Virus record (IMG/VR): IMGVR_UViG_3300031418_000001
Strand: one strand, 5' to 3'
Length of the DNA: 64,000 bases
From: a virus
Taxonomy: Duplodnaviria; Heunggongvirae; Uroviricota; Caudoviricetes
The notes below the pieces were generated by a model. It searched no databases. It had not been told where the DNA came from and saw only the letters and a list, made by a program, of their open reading frames with translations. Within the stretch, counting starts at the first letter, position 1. The number at the start of each line of letters is the position of its first letter. Below, one piece after another: positions 55,445-63,848 of this stretch. A program made the position numbers and the translations under genes.

Positions 55445-55849
55445 ATGGTTAATGCTGAGAGTTTTAAACAAAAAATTAAAGAACGTACTGAAAAACTAAC
55501 TGAAGAAATTTCGGCTTATATTCAAACAGTACTTAATAATGAACTACAAAAAGATAATGTACAAGTTCCTTTTATTATTGGTCTTGACAAACTTTGTAAA
55601 GATAATATTGATATTGTAAAATCAGTTGCTAATATTCTTGGATTCAAGGTTACAATAGAAGAAGAACATAGTTTCTCAGGTATTAAAGTCAAGTTTGATT
55701 TCACTACTGTTGTAAACAACAAAGCACACGTGGAAAATTTAAGTGATATGATACGTAAAGCGTCCGACATTATGGATGCTAAAAATCAAAATCCACTTAA
55801 TGTACCTGATTTTTATTCACAATATATGAATAATCAAATTGGAAGATGA
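55445..55849 (+). CDS. Hypothetical protein
   Basis: 134-aa ORF, GAGG SD. Confidence 0.75.
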   Translation: MVNAESFKQKIKERTEKLTEEISAYIQTVLNNELQKDNVQVPFIIGLDKLCKDNIDIVKSVANILGFKVTIEEEHSFSGIKVKFDFTTVVNNKAHVENLSDMIRKASDIMDAKNQNPLNVPDFYSQYMNNQIGR

Positions 55850-56163
55850 AAACGTACTTGGAATCACTTGCATTGCTATCATCTTTAGTCAATGAAGATC
55901 CAAAAATACAAAGTACTATCACATGTGAAGTTGGTATAAATTCCAAACATGGTGCTTGTTTATTTTATAGTTTTTATTCTGTTGGTTCTGATTTTTACAA
56001 AGTCATAAGCAAAGAAGTAATGAGAAGTACTTACGAATATTATATAGTCAATGATATACATGATAGTTATGAGGCATACCTATTGCCTGATGGATCATTG
56101 ATTAATATTCCAGCAGCCACCGGCTTTGGTGCGTGGGTGACGATTCCCATTAAAAAATCGTGA
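55846..56163 (+). CDS. Hypothetical protein
   Basis: 105-aa ORF, ATGA overlap. Confidence 0.7.
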   Translation: MKTYLESLALLSSLVNEDPKIQSTITCEVGINSKHGACLFYSFYSVGSDFYKVISKEVMRSTYEYYIVNDIHDSYEAYLLPDGSLINIPAATGFGAWVTIPIKKS

Positions 56164-56189
56164 AACAAACAGTTTTTATGTGCTATACT
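56161..56189 (+). promoter_or_regulatory. TGAAAC-N17-TATACT promoter (copy 6)
   Basis: TGAAAC 56161-56166, ATGTGC-TATACT 56184-56189. Confidence 0.75.
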
Positions 56190-56234
56190 TTAATTGTAGC
56201 AAACAACAAGATAAATCATTAAGGAAATCAAATT

Positions 56235-56489
56235 ATGTCTAAAGAAGTAAAAGATGAAGTTCAAACCTCTCGTCAAGAAAAAATGTCCAAAGCTGAGCAG
56301 CTTGCTGGACTAAAGAAACTTCGTCGTGCTGGCATCCTGACCCGTCAGCAGTTCCGTCTACTGACCTGGGATAAGCAACTTCAAGGCAGTACCAAAGGCG
56401 TTCCTCTGTGCACTCACTATGAGATCGTTAAAGATGAAACTCATGGTAAAGTAGTTAAAAGTACCGTTAAGCAGTGGTCACGTATTTGA
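56235..56489 (+). CDS. Small basic hypothetical protein
   Basis: 84 aa, AAGGA SD, downstream of the promoter. Confidence 0.8.
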   Translation: MSKEVKDEVQTSRQEKMSKAEQLAGLKKLRRAGILTRQQFRLLTWDKQLQGSTKGVPLCTHYEIVKDETHGKVVKSTVKQWSRI

Positions 56490-56588
56490 TAGTACTTTAA
56501 CATGTGAGACACTAAATAGTTATATAAAAATAATTAATAGCGACTCCATGTTGTTCTTCGTGAATAAATTTAAGGCATTCAGTAATGA

Positions 56589-57263
56589 ATGCCTTTTTCT
56601 TTATCTGGAATAATGCAAATGAATAGCACAGATGCAAAAAGTATCATTGATAAAACTATAACATTGATACTAAATTCATATATGGAAACTCATACGGTTG
56701 TGTATGGTTCTATTGTGGAAAGAAGTATTGGTTTGAATGTCATTCCTTCTGATATTGATGTTATTCTGGTTAATACAAAAGAAGTTATGGCTGGTCAGAT
56801 TGATGGTTTATTGATGGAAATTGATTACCTGAATCTTGAAGACCTAATTCATGAAATTTACAATGAACCTAAAATGCTTTTGTGTGAATCTTCTATCGAC
56901 CTTGAACCTTATTTCGACGTAACTAAAGTACGATCATCTGTGAGTAATGTATGTTCTAAAGCATACAACAAAGGTAAGAAGAAGTTAATTGTAAGTACTG
57001 ATTATGATGAGTACTTAGGATTAAAAAATTTATATCACGCAATGAAGTTTCCATATTTTGCAAAATGGAAATTTATCAATAAAGGATACCCACCTGAAGA
57101 TATTGAATATCTAAACAATATTCGTTCTAAAATATTCAGAACTTACGAACAAAGTACTGGAACTTTAGAAGAACGCTTTGAGTCGGTTAATGAATGGCTT
57201 AAGCCTGAATTCAACAAAGTAATGACTGAATTCAGAAAGTACTTTCCAAAGGTGAAAGAATGA
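56589..57263 (+). CDS. Putative Pol-beta-superfamily nucleotidyltransferase
   Basis: VVYGS....SDIDVILV motif; start uncertain. Confidence 0.55.
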   Translation: MPFSLSGIMQMNSTDAKSIIDKTITLILNSYMETHTVVYGSIVERSIGLNVIPSDIDVILVNTKEVMAGQIDGLLMEIDYLNLEDLIHEIYNEPKMLLCESSIDLEPYFDVTKVRSSVSNVCSKAYNKGKKKLIVSTDYDEYLGLKNLYHAMKFPYFAKWKFINKGYPPEDIEYLNNIRSKIFRTYEQSTGTLEERFESVNEWLKPEFNKVMTEFRKYFPKVKE

Positions 57264-57679
57264 GTTATTTCGATGAAATTAATGAAGAAGTTAAAAGAAA
57301 CAAAGTAGTTGAACGTTTTAAGTACTTTGATCTTTTCTATTATAATATCAAGAATATGATTACATCTGACATTTTCAAAAAGAATGGTCAAATTGGTGTA
57401 GTACATAGTGGTTGTGAATTTAACTTTAAACGTAAAATCAAAAAAGGTAATATGACTATCTATATCAATAGTGGTTATATTTGCACAACTATTTCAATGC
57501 AAAATGAAATGTATTATCAATCAGTTCAGTGCAGTCATATTGTTGAATCTGACCGGAAAAGAATGAAGAAAAGTTCTTCATCTGATAGCAGTACAAGACG
57601 TTCAGAAAGAAAATCATCAAGCAGAAATGATGATAGTTCTTTTAATAATCCTTCTAATCCAAGTAATCCTTTAATGTGA
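57260..57679 (+). CDS. Hypothetical protein with a Ser-rich tail and NPSNPSNPL end
   Basis: 139-aa ORF. Confidence 0.65.
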   Translation: MSYFDEINEEVKRNKVVERFKYFDLFYYNIKNMITSDIFKKNGQIGVVHSGCEFNFKRKIKKGNMTIYINSGYICTTISMQNEMYYQSVQCSHIVESDRKRMKKSSSSDSSTRRSERKSSSRNDDSSFNNPSNPSNPLM

Positions 57680-57686
57680 GATAACA

Positions 57687-57938
57687 ATGTTTGAATTTAT
57701 CGGTTTTGTAATTTCAGTACTTTTTTGTGCTGCGTTTTTCATATCAGGTTTGATGTTTTTATATATTGCATCAATTTTCAGTGACAGAGCCTCTGCTGTT
57801 GGTGGATTGATTTTAATCTGTATTGCGTCATTAGGTTCTTATAAGTTATATCATAATTCACCATATGAAGTTTCAGTAAAATCACACCAGGTAAATGATG
57901 CTAAAACAAATATTGAAATTAATCAGAAAGACAAATAA
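57687..57938 (+). CDS. Hypothetical membrane protein
   Basis: Two hydrophobic segments. Confidence 0.65.
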   Translation: MFEFIGFVISVLFCAAFFISGLMFLYIASIFSDRASAVGGLILICIASLGSYKLYHNSPYEVSVKSHQVNDAKTNIEINQKDK

Positions 57939-58350
57939 GAAAACATTCAGAAGAAACTCTGACCATCGTAACTATCCTTATGTATGTGCATACAATATGA
58001 TAAGTGATGGATATGTATACAAGAATGGAAAACGTCATCCTAAATTCAAGCGTTGGGATATCGGGCCTGAAAAATATGGTATTCATATATATGACAAAGG
58101 TTTACAAATAGATATTACACATTTGTCAATTAAAATATATAAAACTATATCTACCCCACATAATCTATTCCCTGATGAACATCTGATGTTTGAAGGTGAA
58201 AATTTGGACAATGATGATCATTTTAATTTATCAATGTCAATTCCTAACATTCCGACCGCCAGTGAAATTAATGTAATTCGTAGTATTATGAATAAGAAAG
58301 AAAGAAGATACACAAAAATATACATCTATTTGAGTAAAGACTGGATGTAA
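57895..58350 (+). CDS. Paralog family A protein (hypothetical)
   Basis: Motif LDNDDHFNLSMSIPNIPTASEI. Confidence 0.75.
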   Translation: MMLKQILKLIRKTNKKTFRRNSDHRNYPYVCAYNMISDGYVYKNGKRHPKFKRWDIGPEKYGIHIYDKGLQIDITHLSIKIYKTISTPHNLFPDEHLMFEGENLDNDDHFNLSMSIPNIPTASEINVIRSIMNKKERRYTKIYIYLSKDWM

Positions 58351-58366
58351 TACATGGAGGTAGTAC

Positions 58367-58900
58367 ATGAAAGTGATTAATTTAGTAGGCGGGCCATGCT
58401 GTGGTAAAAGTACTACAGCAGCAGGTTTATTCGCTGCAATGAAGTTAGACATGAAGTACAAGTGTGAGCAAGTAACGGAAGTTATCAAAGATTATGTCTA
58501 TGATAACAACGAAATGGCAATGAAAGATCAGGTACTATTGACCGCTGAACAGGGTCATAAACTTTTCCGTCTTGATGGTAAAGTTGATTATGCTATTTCT
58601 GATGCATCACTCATTAACGGTGTTATCTATAATATTTTTTATAAGTCTGAAAGCGATATTTCTGATAAACTCGCTCTTGACTTATTCAATCAGTATGATA
58701 ATATTGTATTTCTCCTTCCAAGAAAAACTAAGTACGATCAGTACGGGCGTACCCAATCGGAAGATGAAGCTAAAGATATTGACCAAATCTTCCTGACTGT
58801 TCTTGAAGCATATCGGGTTCCTTATTATGATATGCGTCAGTACTCGCATGAAGAAATGCCTCAACGTATTCTTGAGATTATCAAAGAACTCGATAAGTGA
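58367..58900 (+). CDS. P-loop kinase (NadR/Ttd14 AAA_28-like)
   Basis: INLVGGPCCGKSTTA, YAISDASL, YDQYGR.Q. Confidence 0.8.
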   Translation: MKVINLVGGPCCGKSTTAAGLFAAMKLDMKYKCEQVTEVIKDYVYDNNEMAMKDQVLLTAEQGHKLFRLDGKVDYAISDASLINGVIYNIFYKSESDISDKLALDLFNQYDNIVFLLPRKTKYDQYGRTQSEDEAKDIDQIFLTVLEAYRVPYYDMRQYSHEEMPQRILEIIKELDK

Positions 58901-58907
58901 GAAACTA

Positions 58908-59090
58908 ATGTTTAAACTTTTGGTAAGAACTGCATATCGTGGCACTCCTATCCAGCAGGTAACAGTAACAGTACTTGAATTTGAAAACCCAACACGTGCA
59001 AACGTTGCGTATGACAATCTGGTAAATAAAGAACTCAAAGATAATCTGAAAGATAATTTTATTACTGAGACAGTTACTAAATTATATTAG
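58908..59090 (+). CDS. Small hypothetical protein
   Basis: ATG 58908 after the previous stop. Confidence 0.6.
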   Translation: MFKLLVRTAYRGTPIQQVTVTVLEFENPTRANVAYDNLVNKELKDNLKDNFITETVTKLY

Positions 59091-59100
59091 GTATTAATCC

Positions 59101-59499
59101 ATGCGAACTACTATCTATAAAACTAAATCATTACTCAGCAGAAAAAATGCAGTACGAAAACGTCAAGAAGAAGTTAGATTGCAAAATGCCGAATATGAAC
59201 AGAAAATTCGTGATAAAGAATACGCAAATTACGTTGCATACAAAATGAAAGAACTTTTTGTAGAAGTTAGATTGCGTGGATTACTTGCCGTTTGGGATAA
59301 AGTTACGGAAATAAAACTACTACATTCTAAAATAACTAAAGAATGTAGTTACACTTTCTTTAGTACTTTAAGATCTCAATTATATCATTCAGGATGGGAT
59401 TACATTATCGGTTTCTCCCGTGAGCGTGTAATTCCAAGACGTGTTGTTAGTAATGGCAGTTCTTATCCAAATCCATTATTAAAGACTAAAAAGAAATAA
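59101..59499 (+). CDS. Hypothetical protein
   Basis: 132-aa ORF. Confidence 0.6.
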   Translation: MRTTIYKTKSLLSRKNAVRKRQEEVRLQNAEYEQKIRDKEYANYVAYKMKELFVEVRLRGLLAVWDKVTEIKLLHSKITKECSYTFFSTLRSQLYHSGWDYIIGFSRERVIPRRVVSNGSSYPNPLLKTKKK

Positions 59500-59570
59500 G
59501 GAATATCATGATCAAAGAATTTAAAGGACGTATGACTTTTCATTAGAATACTTACTAATGGAGAGAAAAA

Positions 59571-60122
59571 ATGTACGAAGAAGTTTATACCATCCACCGC
59601 TATGATGGTCATACTTTTGATATGACTTTAAAAGAAATCTTCACTGAATTTCGTCCATACGTATTTGAAAAACAATTCGGATATGGTACTGATTTCGGTC
59701 GTTATATTTCTAACTATAGCTGGAGTGGAAACTATAATTTCAGTTTTAGTGCAGTAGATGCAACTTTACGTGTTTTCTATGAGTACTTGTACTTTGTCAC
59801 TAACCGCAACGGCAAGTTAGTACAGCCTAAACAGCTACTTAATGAGTACTATAGAAAATATGATCCGACTAACCGTGCATTCACTGGTTATTATCGCTGG
59901 AGAATCAGCACTGGTCGTAAGAGACGTGGAAGAAGTTGCTACCGTTCAATCGGCACTCACCCTGAACTACGGGCTGCTGCTGGTGTGGTAAAAGAAGAGG
60001 GCGAACCTGAGTTTCGTGGTCGTCGTCGTAATGTGCCTAATGCATGGGATGATATTAAAGTCAGCAATCATCGTTCATGGAAAGAATGCACTAAAAGAAG
60101 AAAACAATACAAAGGGAGCTAA
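59571..60122 (+). CDS. Hypothetical protein with a basic C-terminus (P.AWDD..SWK..KRRKQY)
   Basis: 183-aa ORF, GGAG SD. Confidence 0.75.
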   Translation: MYEEVYTIHRYDGHTFDMTLKEIFTEFRPYVFEKQFGYGTDFGRYISNYSWSGNYNFSFSAVDATLRVFYEYLYFVTNRNGKLVQPKQLLNEYYRKYDPTNRAFTGYYRWRISTGRKRRGRSCYRSIGTHPELRAAAGVVKEEGEPEFRGRRRNVPNAWDDIKVSNHRSWKECTKRRKQYKGS

Positions 60123-60133
60123 TGCTCCCTTTT
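60111..60133 (+). terminator. Intrinsic terminator
   Basis: AAAGGGAGC-TAAT-GCTCCCTTT-T. Confidence 0.8.
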
Positions 60134-60150
60134 CTTATAGGTATAAAAAA

Positions 60151-60504
60151 ATGACAGAAGAAAAGATTTTGTTCTTTGCTGATAAAAGTATATACATGGA
60201 ACTTTCGTCAGATTTACAAGATAATGATAATAGATTTAAACTGTTATATGATATGGTACATGTTAAGAAGTACCTTACTTGGGAAAAAGACTGTGGTATC
60301 AATACCTATAAAATTACTGATTTAGGTCGCCTTCGGTTATACCTTTATCGTTTGAATTATGCTAAAAATCATGAGCCGTTGAGTTATGATAAACGCTTGC
60401 TTTTTCTTAAAGATGCCGTTAAGATGTATCCAAAAGCGGCAGAGTCTTTAAAATCCATCCTTGGAAAAAATACTTCTAAACTTTTTAATAAAGCATTTGA
60501 ATAA
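60151..60504 (+). CDS. Hypothetical protein
   Basis: ATG 60151 after the terminator. Confidence 0.7.
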   Translation: MTEEKILFFADKSIYMELSSDLQDNDNRFKLLYDMVHVKKYLTWEKDCGINTYKITDLGRLRLYLYRLNYAKNHEPLSYDKRLLFLKDAVKMYPKAAESLKSILGKNTSKLFNKAFE

Positions 60505-60516
60505 GGTTTAATTACT

Positions 60517-60867
60517 ATGGAATTTACGGATCAAGATATTATTAAAACTGCTTCTGTGTTTAAACATGGATTAAATTCTCCATGTGTGAATGAAGAATTA
60601 GCCATTCTAATTGAAGAAAAATGTTCTCATATTGCAGAACATCATGAAAAAGATGATGAAAAGTTTCGCAAAAACTGTGTAGAAGTACTCCAGTACTTTT
60701 ATGATGAACATGAATGTTGGGAACTTATGCTTCTTATCGTTGAGTTATCTTTAAAAAATATCTTTATAAGATATAAAGTAGTTCCCGAGTACGGGGACTT
60801 GGTTGATAACTACAAAGCACTGCTTAGTAAAGCAAAACAGTATATGGCTGAAAATGATGAATATTAA
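60517..60867 (+). CDS. Hypothetical protein
   Basis: 116-aa ORF. Confidence 0.7.
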   Translation: MEFTDQDIIKTASVFKHGLNSPCVNEELAILIEEKCSHIAEHHEKDDEKFRKNCVEVLQYFYDEHECWELMLLIVELSLKNIFIRYKVVPEYGDLVDNYKALLSKAKQYMAENDEY

Positions 60868-61183
60868 TAATTCCATGCTTGAAGTACTTAAGTTCTCAAA
60901 AGAATTGGGAAATAAAGGTACTAATGATTATCGTACTCAGGATTATGTACATTCCAAAATGAGTGAAGAACTTGGTGAACATTCGGTTGAATTGCAAATT
61001 CAAAAAGGTCTTAGTTATAAAAAGCCAGGAAAAGACCTGTTGCCTGGCGAAGCAGTAGACCTTGCTATTTGTTGTCTGGATAGTTTTGCACTTGAATTTC
61101 CTGAACTTTCAGCAGAAGAAATTTATGAAAAGTTCAATTCATATATGCTCATTAAACTTAATAAATGGAAAAGTCAGAAATGA
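60857..61183 (+). CDS. MazG-like nucleotide pyrophosphohydrolase
   Basis: KMSEELGE..E..GEAVDLAICCLD (EExxE..ExxD pattern). Confidence 0.65.
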   Translation: MNINNSMLEVLKFSKELGNKGTNDYRTQDYVHSKMSEELGEHSVELQIQKGLSYKKPGKDLLPGEAVDLAICCLDSFALEFPELSAEEIYEKFNSYMLIKLNKWKSQK

Positions 61184-62070
61184 AAGACATTTCGATGTTC
61201 GATACCTTAAAAGATAAACCACGCCAATATAACTTAATGGTTACTGGTTATTTTCGTGATGAAATTTCTCAATACTATGTAGGGAATCAAGTACCAGTTG
61301 TTATTGTAGATGGTTATCCAGATCATATTAAAAAAATAATTGAACTTTCTCCTAAAAATGTTATTCATGATATTAATGAATTTAAAGTACATGATGTTAA
61401 TACAAATGAAGTAGTTTGTTTTGACTTTAATGAATTTTTAAATGGCACTCAATACCTTAACGGAAAAAGTTATTGTTACAAGTGTGATTCATGTAATGAA
61501 ATCATGAACTTCAACTTTTATCACGATAAGATCACATTAGAACATCGAAAAGATAAGTCTTGTTTCAAAGTACAAGATTACAGTGTTAAGTTTACTGTAC
61601 CTGAAAATGGTAAGATGGCTATTAATGACTGGTTAGGTGACATTTTATCAGAACCATCAGAAGATATATCAGTGAACTCTCAAAAAGGTAAATTCCTTAC
61701 TACTAAAGATGCGGAGTCTAAAGGATTCGTCCATTTTTATGTAGGTAATACTTGTCCTTCTGTATTCAAACTACATGATGGTACTATTATTATCGCTCCT
61801 TCGTATTCATTATGTACTGAAGAAAGTGATTACGAAGAAGTAGACGAATCCAAATATCCAGGTGCTGAAAAGATTGGCTGGGTATGTACTGATTTGTGGT
61901 GGGTAACTATGGCATCAGAAGATCATTGCCTTGAACTTGAATCTAAAGGTAATGAATATCGTACTGGTGATATTATTGAACTTGAATCCGGTGAATGGGA
62001 ATGTACTGTTCATATTGCTGGTGATGATAGTGATAATGGAATTTATGCAACAATGAAAAAGGTAAAATAA
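61180..62070 (+). CDS. Hypothetical protein
   Basis: About 296 aa; C-terminal part has YVGNTCP and VCTDLWW. Confidence 0.75.
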   Translation: MKDISMFDTLKDKPRQYNLMVTGYFRDEISQYYVGNQVPVVIVDGYPDHIKKIIELSPKNVIHDINEFKVHDVNTNEVVCFDFNEFLNGTQYLNGKSYCYKCDSCNEIMNFNFYHDKITLEHRKDKSCFKVQDYSVKFTVPENGKMAINDWLGDILSEPSEDISVNSQKGKFLTTKDAESKGFVHFYVGNTCPSVFKLHDGTIIIAPSYSLCTEESDYEEVDESKYPGAEKIGWVCTDLWWVTMASEDHCLELESKGNEYRTGDIIELESGEWECTVHIAGDDSDNGIYATMKKVK

Positions 62071-62624
62071 TGAAACATATTTTTGCAGTACTGGTCTTAG
62101 GATTGGCATTTATTCTCAGTGGTTGTGATGATCGAAACGATGTTGAAACTACATTGTTTGAGCAATGCAGCACGGTTAATAAGATTAGTTGTACAAAGGA
62201 GTACTCAAGTACTTTAGATTCTCTTAGTTGTGGTGGTAACACATGCAATCCAAAAGAAACACCATTCTCTAAATCAATGGATGTTTTTAAAATTGATGAC
62301 AAAATGTTTAAACTTCGTCATCCAGAAATGAAATCTATTTCTGAAATCTACTATGAAAGTACCGGACGTTCACTTTATTCAGGTGCAGCAGTAATTCACA
62401 GTTCAAGTACTGATGATGTTAAAAAAGTAGATAATACTTTTGTACTTTCACCTCAGATGTATGATGAACTGATTAATGCAGTACGTACATGTAATCGTGC
62501 AACTATCAGTGCTACTCAGTTCCCGATTGGTAGTAAGCTGTCGCCAGAAGATTATAATAAAGTAATGAATATCATTCTGGACTGCAAACAGTACCAACTG
62601 GATGAAGCTATCAATAAAAAGTAA
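62070..62624 (+). CDS. Lipoprotein
   Basis: Signal peptide with LSGC lipobox. Confidence 0.8.
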   Translation: MKHIFAVLVLGLAFILSGCDDRNDVETTLFEQCSTVNKISCTKEYSSTLDSLSCGGNTCNPKETPFSKSMDVFKIDDKMFKLRHPEMKSISEIYYESTGRSLYSGAAVIHSSSTDDVKKVDNTFVLSPQMYDELINAVRTCNRATISATQFPIGSKLSPEDYNKVMNIILDCKQYQLDEAINKK

Positions 62625-62633
62625 GGAATTAAT

Positions 62634-63236
62634 ATGTCAGCAATTGATTGTGGTAATGTAGTACATGTTGCAGAATATTATGATATTTCATTGTACTGGC
62701 CTATCGAAGAACAGAATCGTGGTTCAGTTACTGACCTTCCATATGATAAAGGTTTAGTAATCAATAAGAATAATATTGTAATTGGTGGTGGTTCTGGTGA
62801 ACATCCAGCTATGGTAATTGATATTGACTACGCTATTAGTACTTTAGCCTCTATTCAAGATTCAAGATACTTTGGCGTGTATGGTCATGTAGATAAAGGT
62901 TCTTGGCGAGTACAGGATTTAATGAAACTTTATGAAAAGATGGGTCTTAATGATGAATCTGATTCATTTGAATGTACTATTCTTCTGAACATTGCAACCT
63001 TTGTCATTGCTGAACTTCCATTGGAAGAATGTATTGTTAATCCAGAAGTACTTAAGTACGCACAGAATAAGAAGAAGAACTTCTCATGGGAGTTCTTCAG
63101 AGGTTTTACTGGAGTGCTTAATTGCTGTAAAGAAGGACGAACCACTGTACCAGATGCTGATGCACCAAGTGGCAGAAAGGTAAAGTGGGGTTATTCACTT
63201 GAAGATTGGTATCATGATAATGGTGGTCGCAAATGA
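62634..63236 (+). CDS. Hypothetical protein
   Basis: 200-aa ORF, AAGGA SD. Confidence 0.75.
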   Translation: MSAIDCGNVVHVAEYYDISLYWPIEEQNRGSVTDLPYDKGLVINKNNIVIGGGSGEHPAMVIDIDYAISTLASIQDSRYFGVYGHVDKGSWRVQDLMKLYEKMGLNDESDSFECTILLNIATFVIAELPLEECIVNPEVLKYAQNKKKNFSWEFFRGFTGVLNCCKEGRTTVPDADAPSGRKVKWGYSLEDWYHDNGGRK

Positions 63237-63294
63237 GTAATATTTTGAATATTGTTGTCATTAATAACGATAAATTTTATTACGTGGCGTACTA

Positions 63295-63474
63295 ATGAAA
63301 AATCTTTTCGATAAATTATATGATGCAGAAGAACTTGGTGATGTTGAACGTGATATTACTGAATGTTTTGATGAACGTTTTAATGAAAGCGTAAGTGGTA
63401 TTCCTGTTGATGAATATGGATTCCAGACTGGTACTTTTCGTATTCAGGTAAGTTGGATTCCACCAGAAGAATAA
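63295..63474 (+). CDS. Small acidic hypothetical protein (59 aa)
   Basis: Translated by hand: MKNLFDKLYDAEELGDVERDITECFDERFNE...WIPPEE*. Confidence 0.55.
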   Translation: MKNLFDKLYDAEELGDVERDITECFDERFNESVSGIPVDEYGFQTGTFRIQVSWIPPEE

Positions 63475-63514
63475 TAAAGGTACTGTACATTTCCGGTACT
63501 TTTTGGAGAACTAT

Positions 63515-63691
63515 ATGAAAAAGATGCTATTAGCATTAACATTGATCCTCACAGGTTGTGTAAAAGGTGGTACTTGGCAAGAAGAATATTATCCTTTCGA
63601 TACTAACCCTCCTGGATTCTGTGCAGTATCTGAAAGCAATGTATATATTATTAACGGTATTCCTTCTTTGAAGTATATCTGTAATAGATAA
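63515..63691 (+). CDS. Small lipoprotein
   Basis: GGAG SD, MKKMLLALTLILTGC lipobox. Confidence 0.7.
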   Translation: MKKMLLALTLILTGCVKGGTWQEEYYPFDTNPPGFCAVSESNVYIINGIPSLKYICNR

Positions 63692-63848
63692 AACCGAATA
63701 TGAAAGTACTAAAGCCGTGCCTCTGGTTAAAATCAGTATAAGTCCGTTTACGCTTTATTGTTAGTTCTGGATGACCCTACTCCTTGAGAAAACCAAACAT
63801 CCAGGGCGTTAGTACTTTCCCTTTTATAAAACTGATAAGGTAATAATA

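Noticed and set aside
1114-63145. Numerous 60-190 aa minus-strand and alternate-frame ORFs in the track (e.g. 39626..40048, 46680..47258, 21132..21455)
   Set aside because: They are shadows of well-supported + strand genes, with antisense-type composition and no SD.
63233-63474. Programmed frameshift joining the 20-codon ORF at 63233 to the ORF at 63295
   Set aside because: No convincing slippery heptamer or stimulatory structure; simple TAATG coupling explains the layout.
62070-63691. Lipoproteins (also 32717) as o-spanins of a lysis cassette
   Set aside because: No adjacent i-spanin, holin or endolysin, and no Pro-rich o-spanin character.
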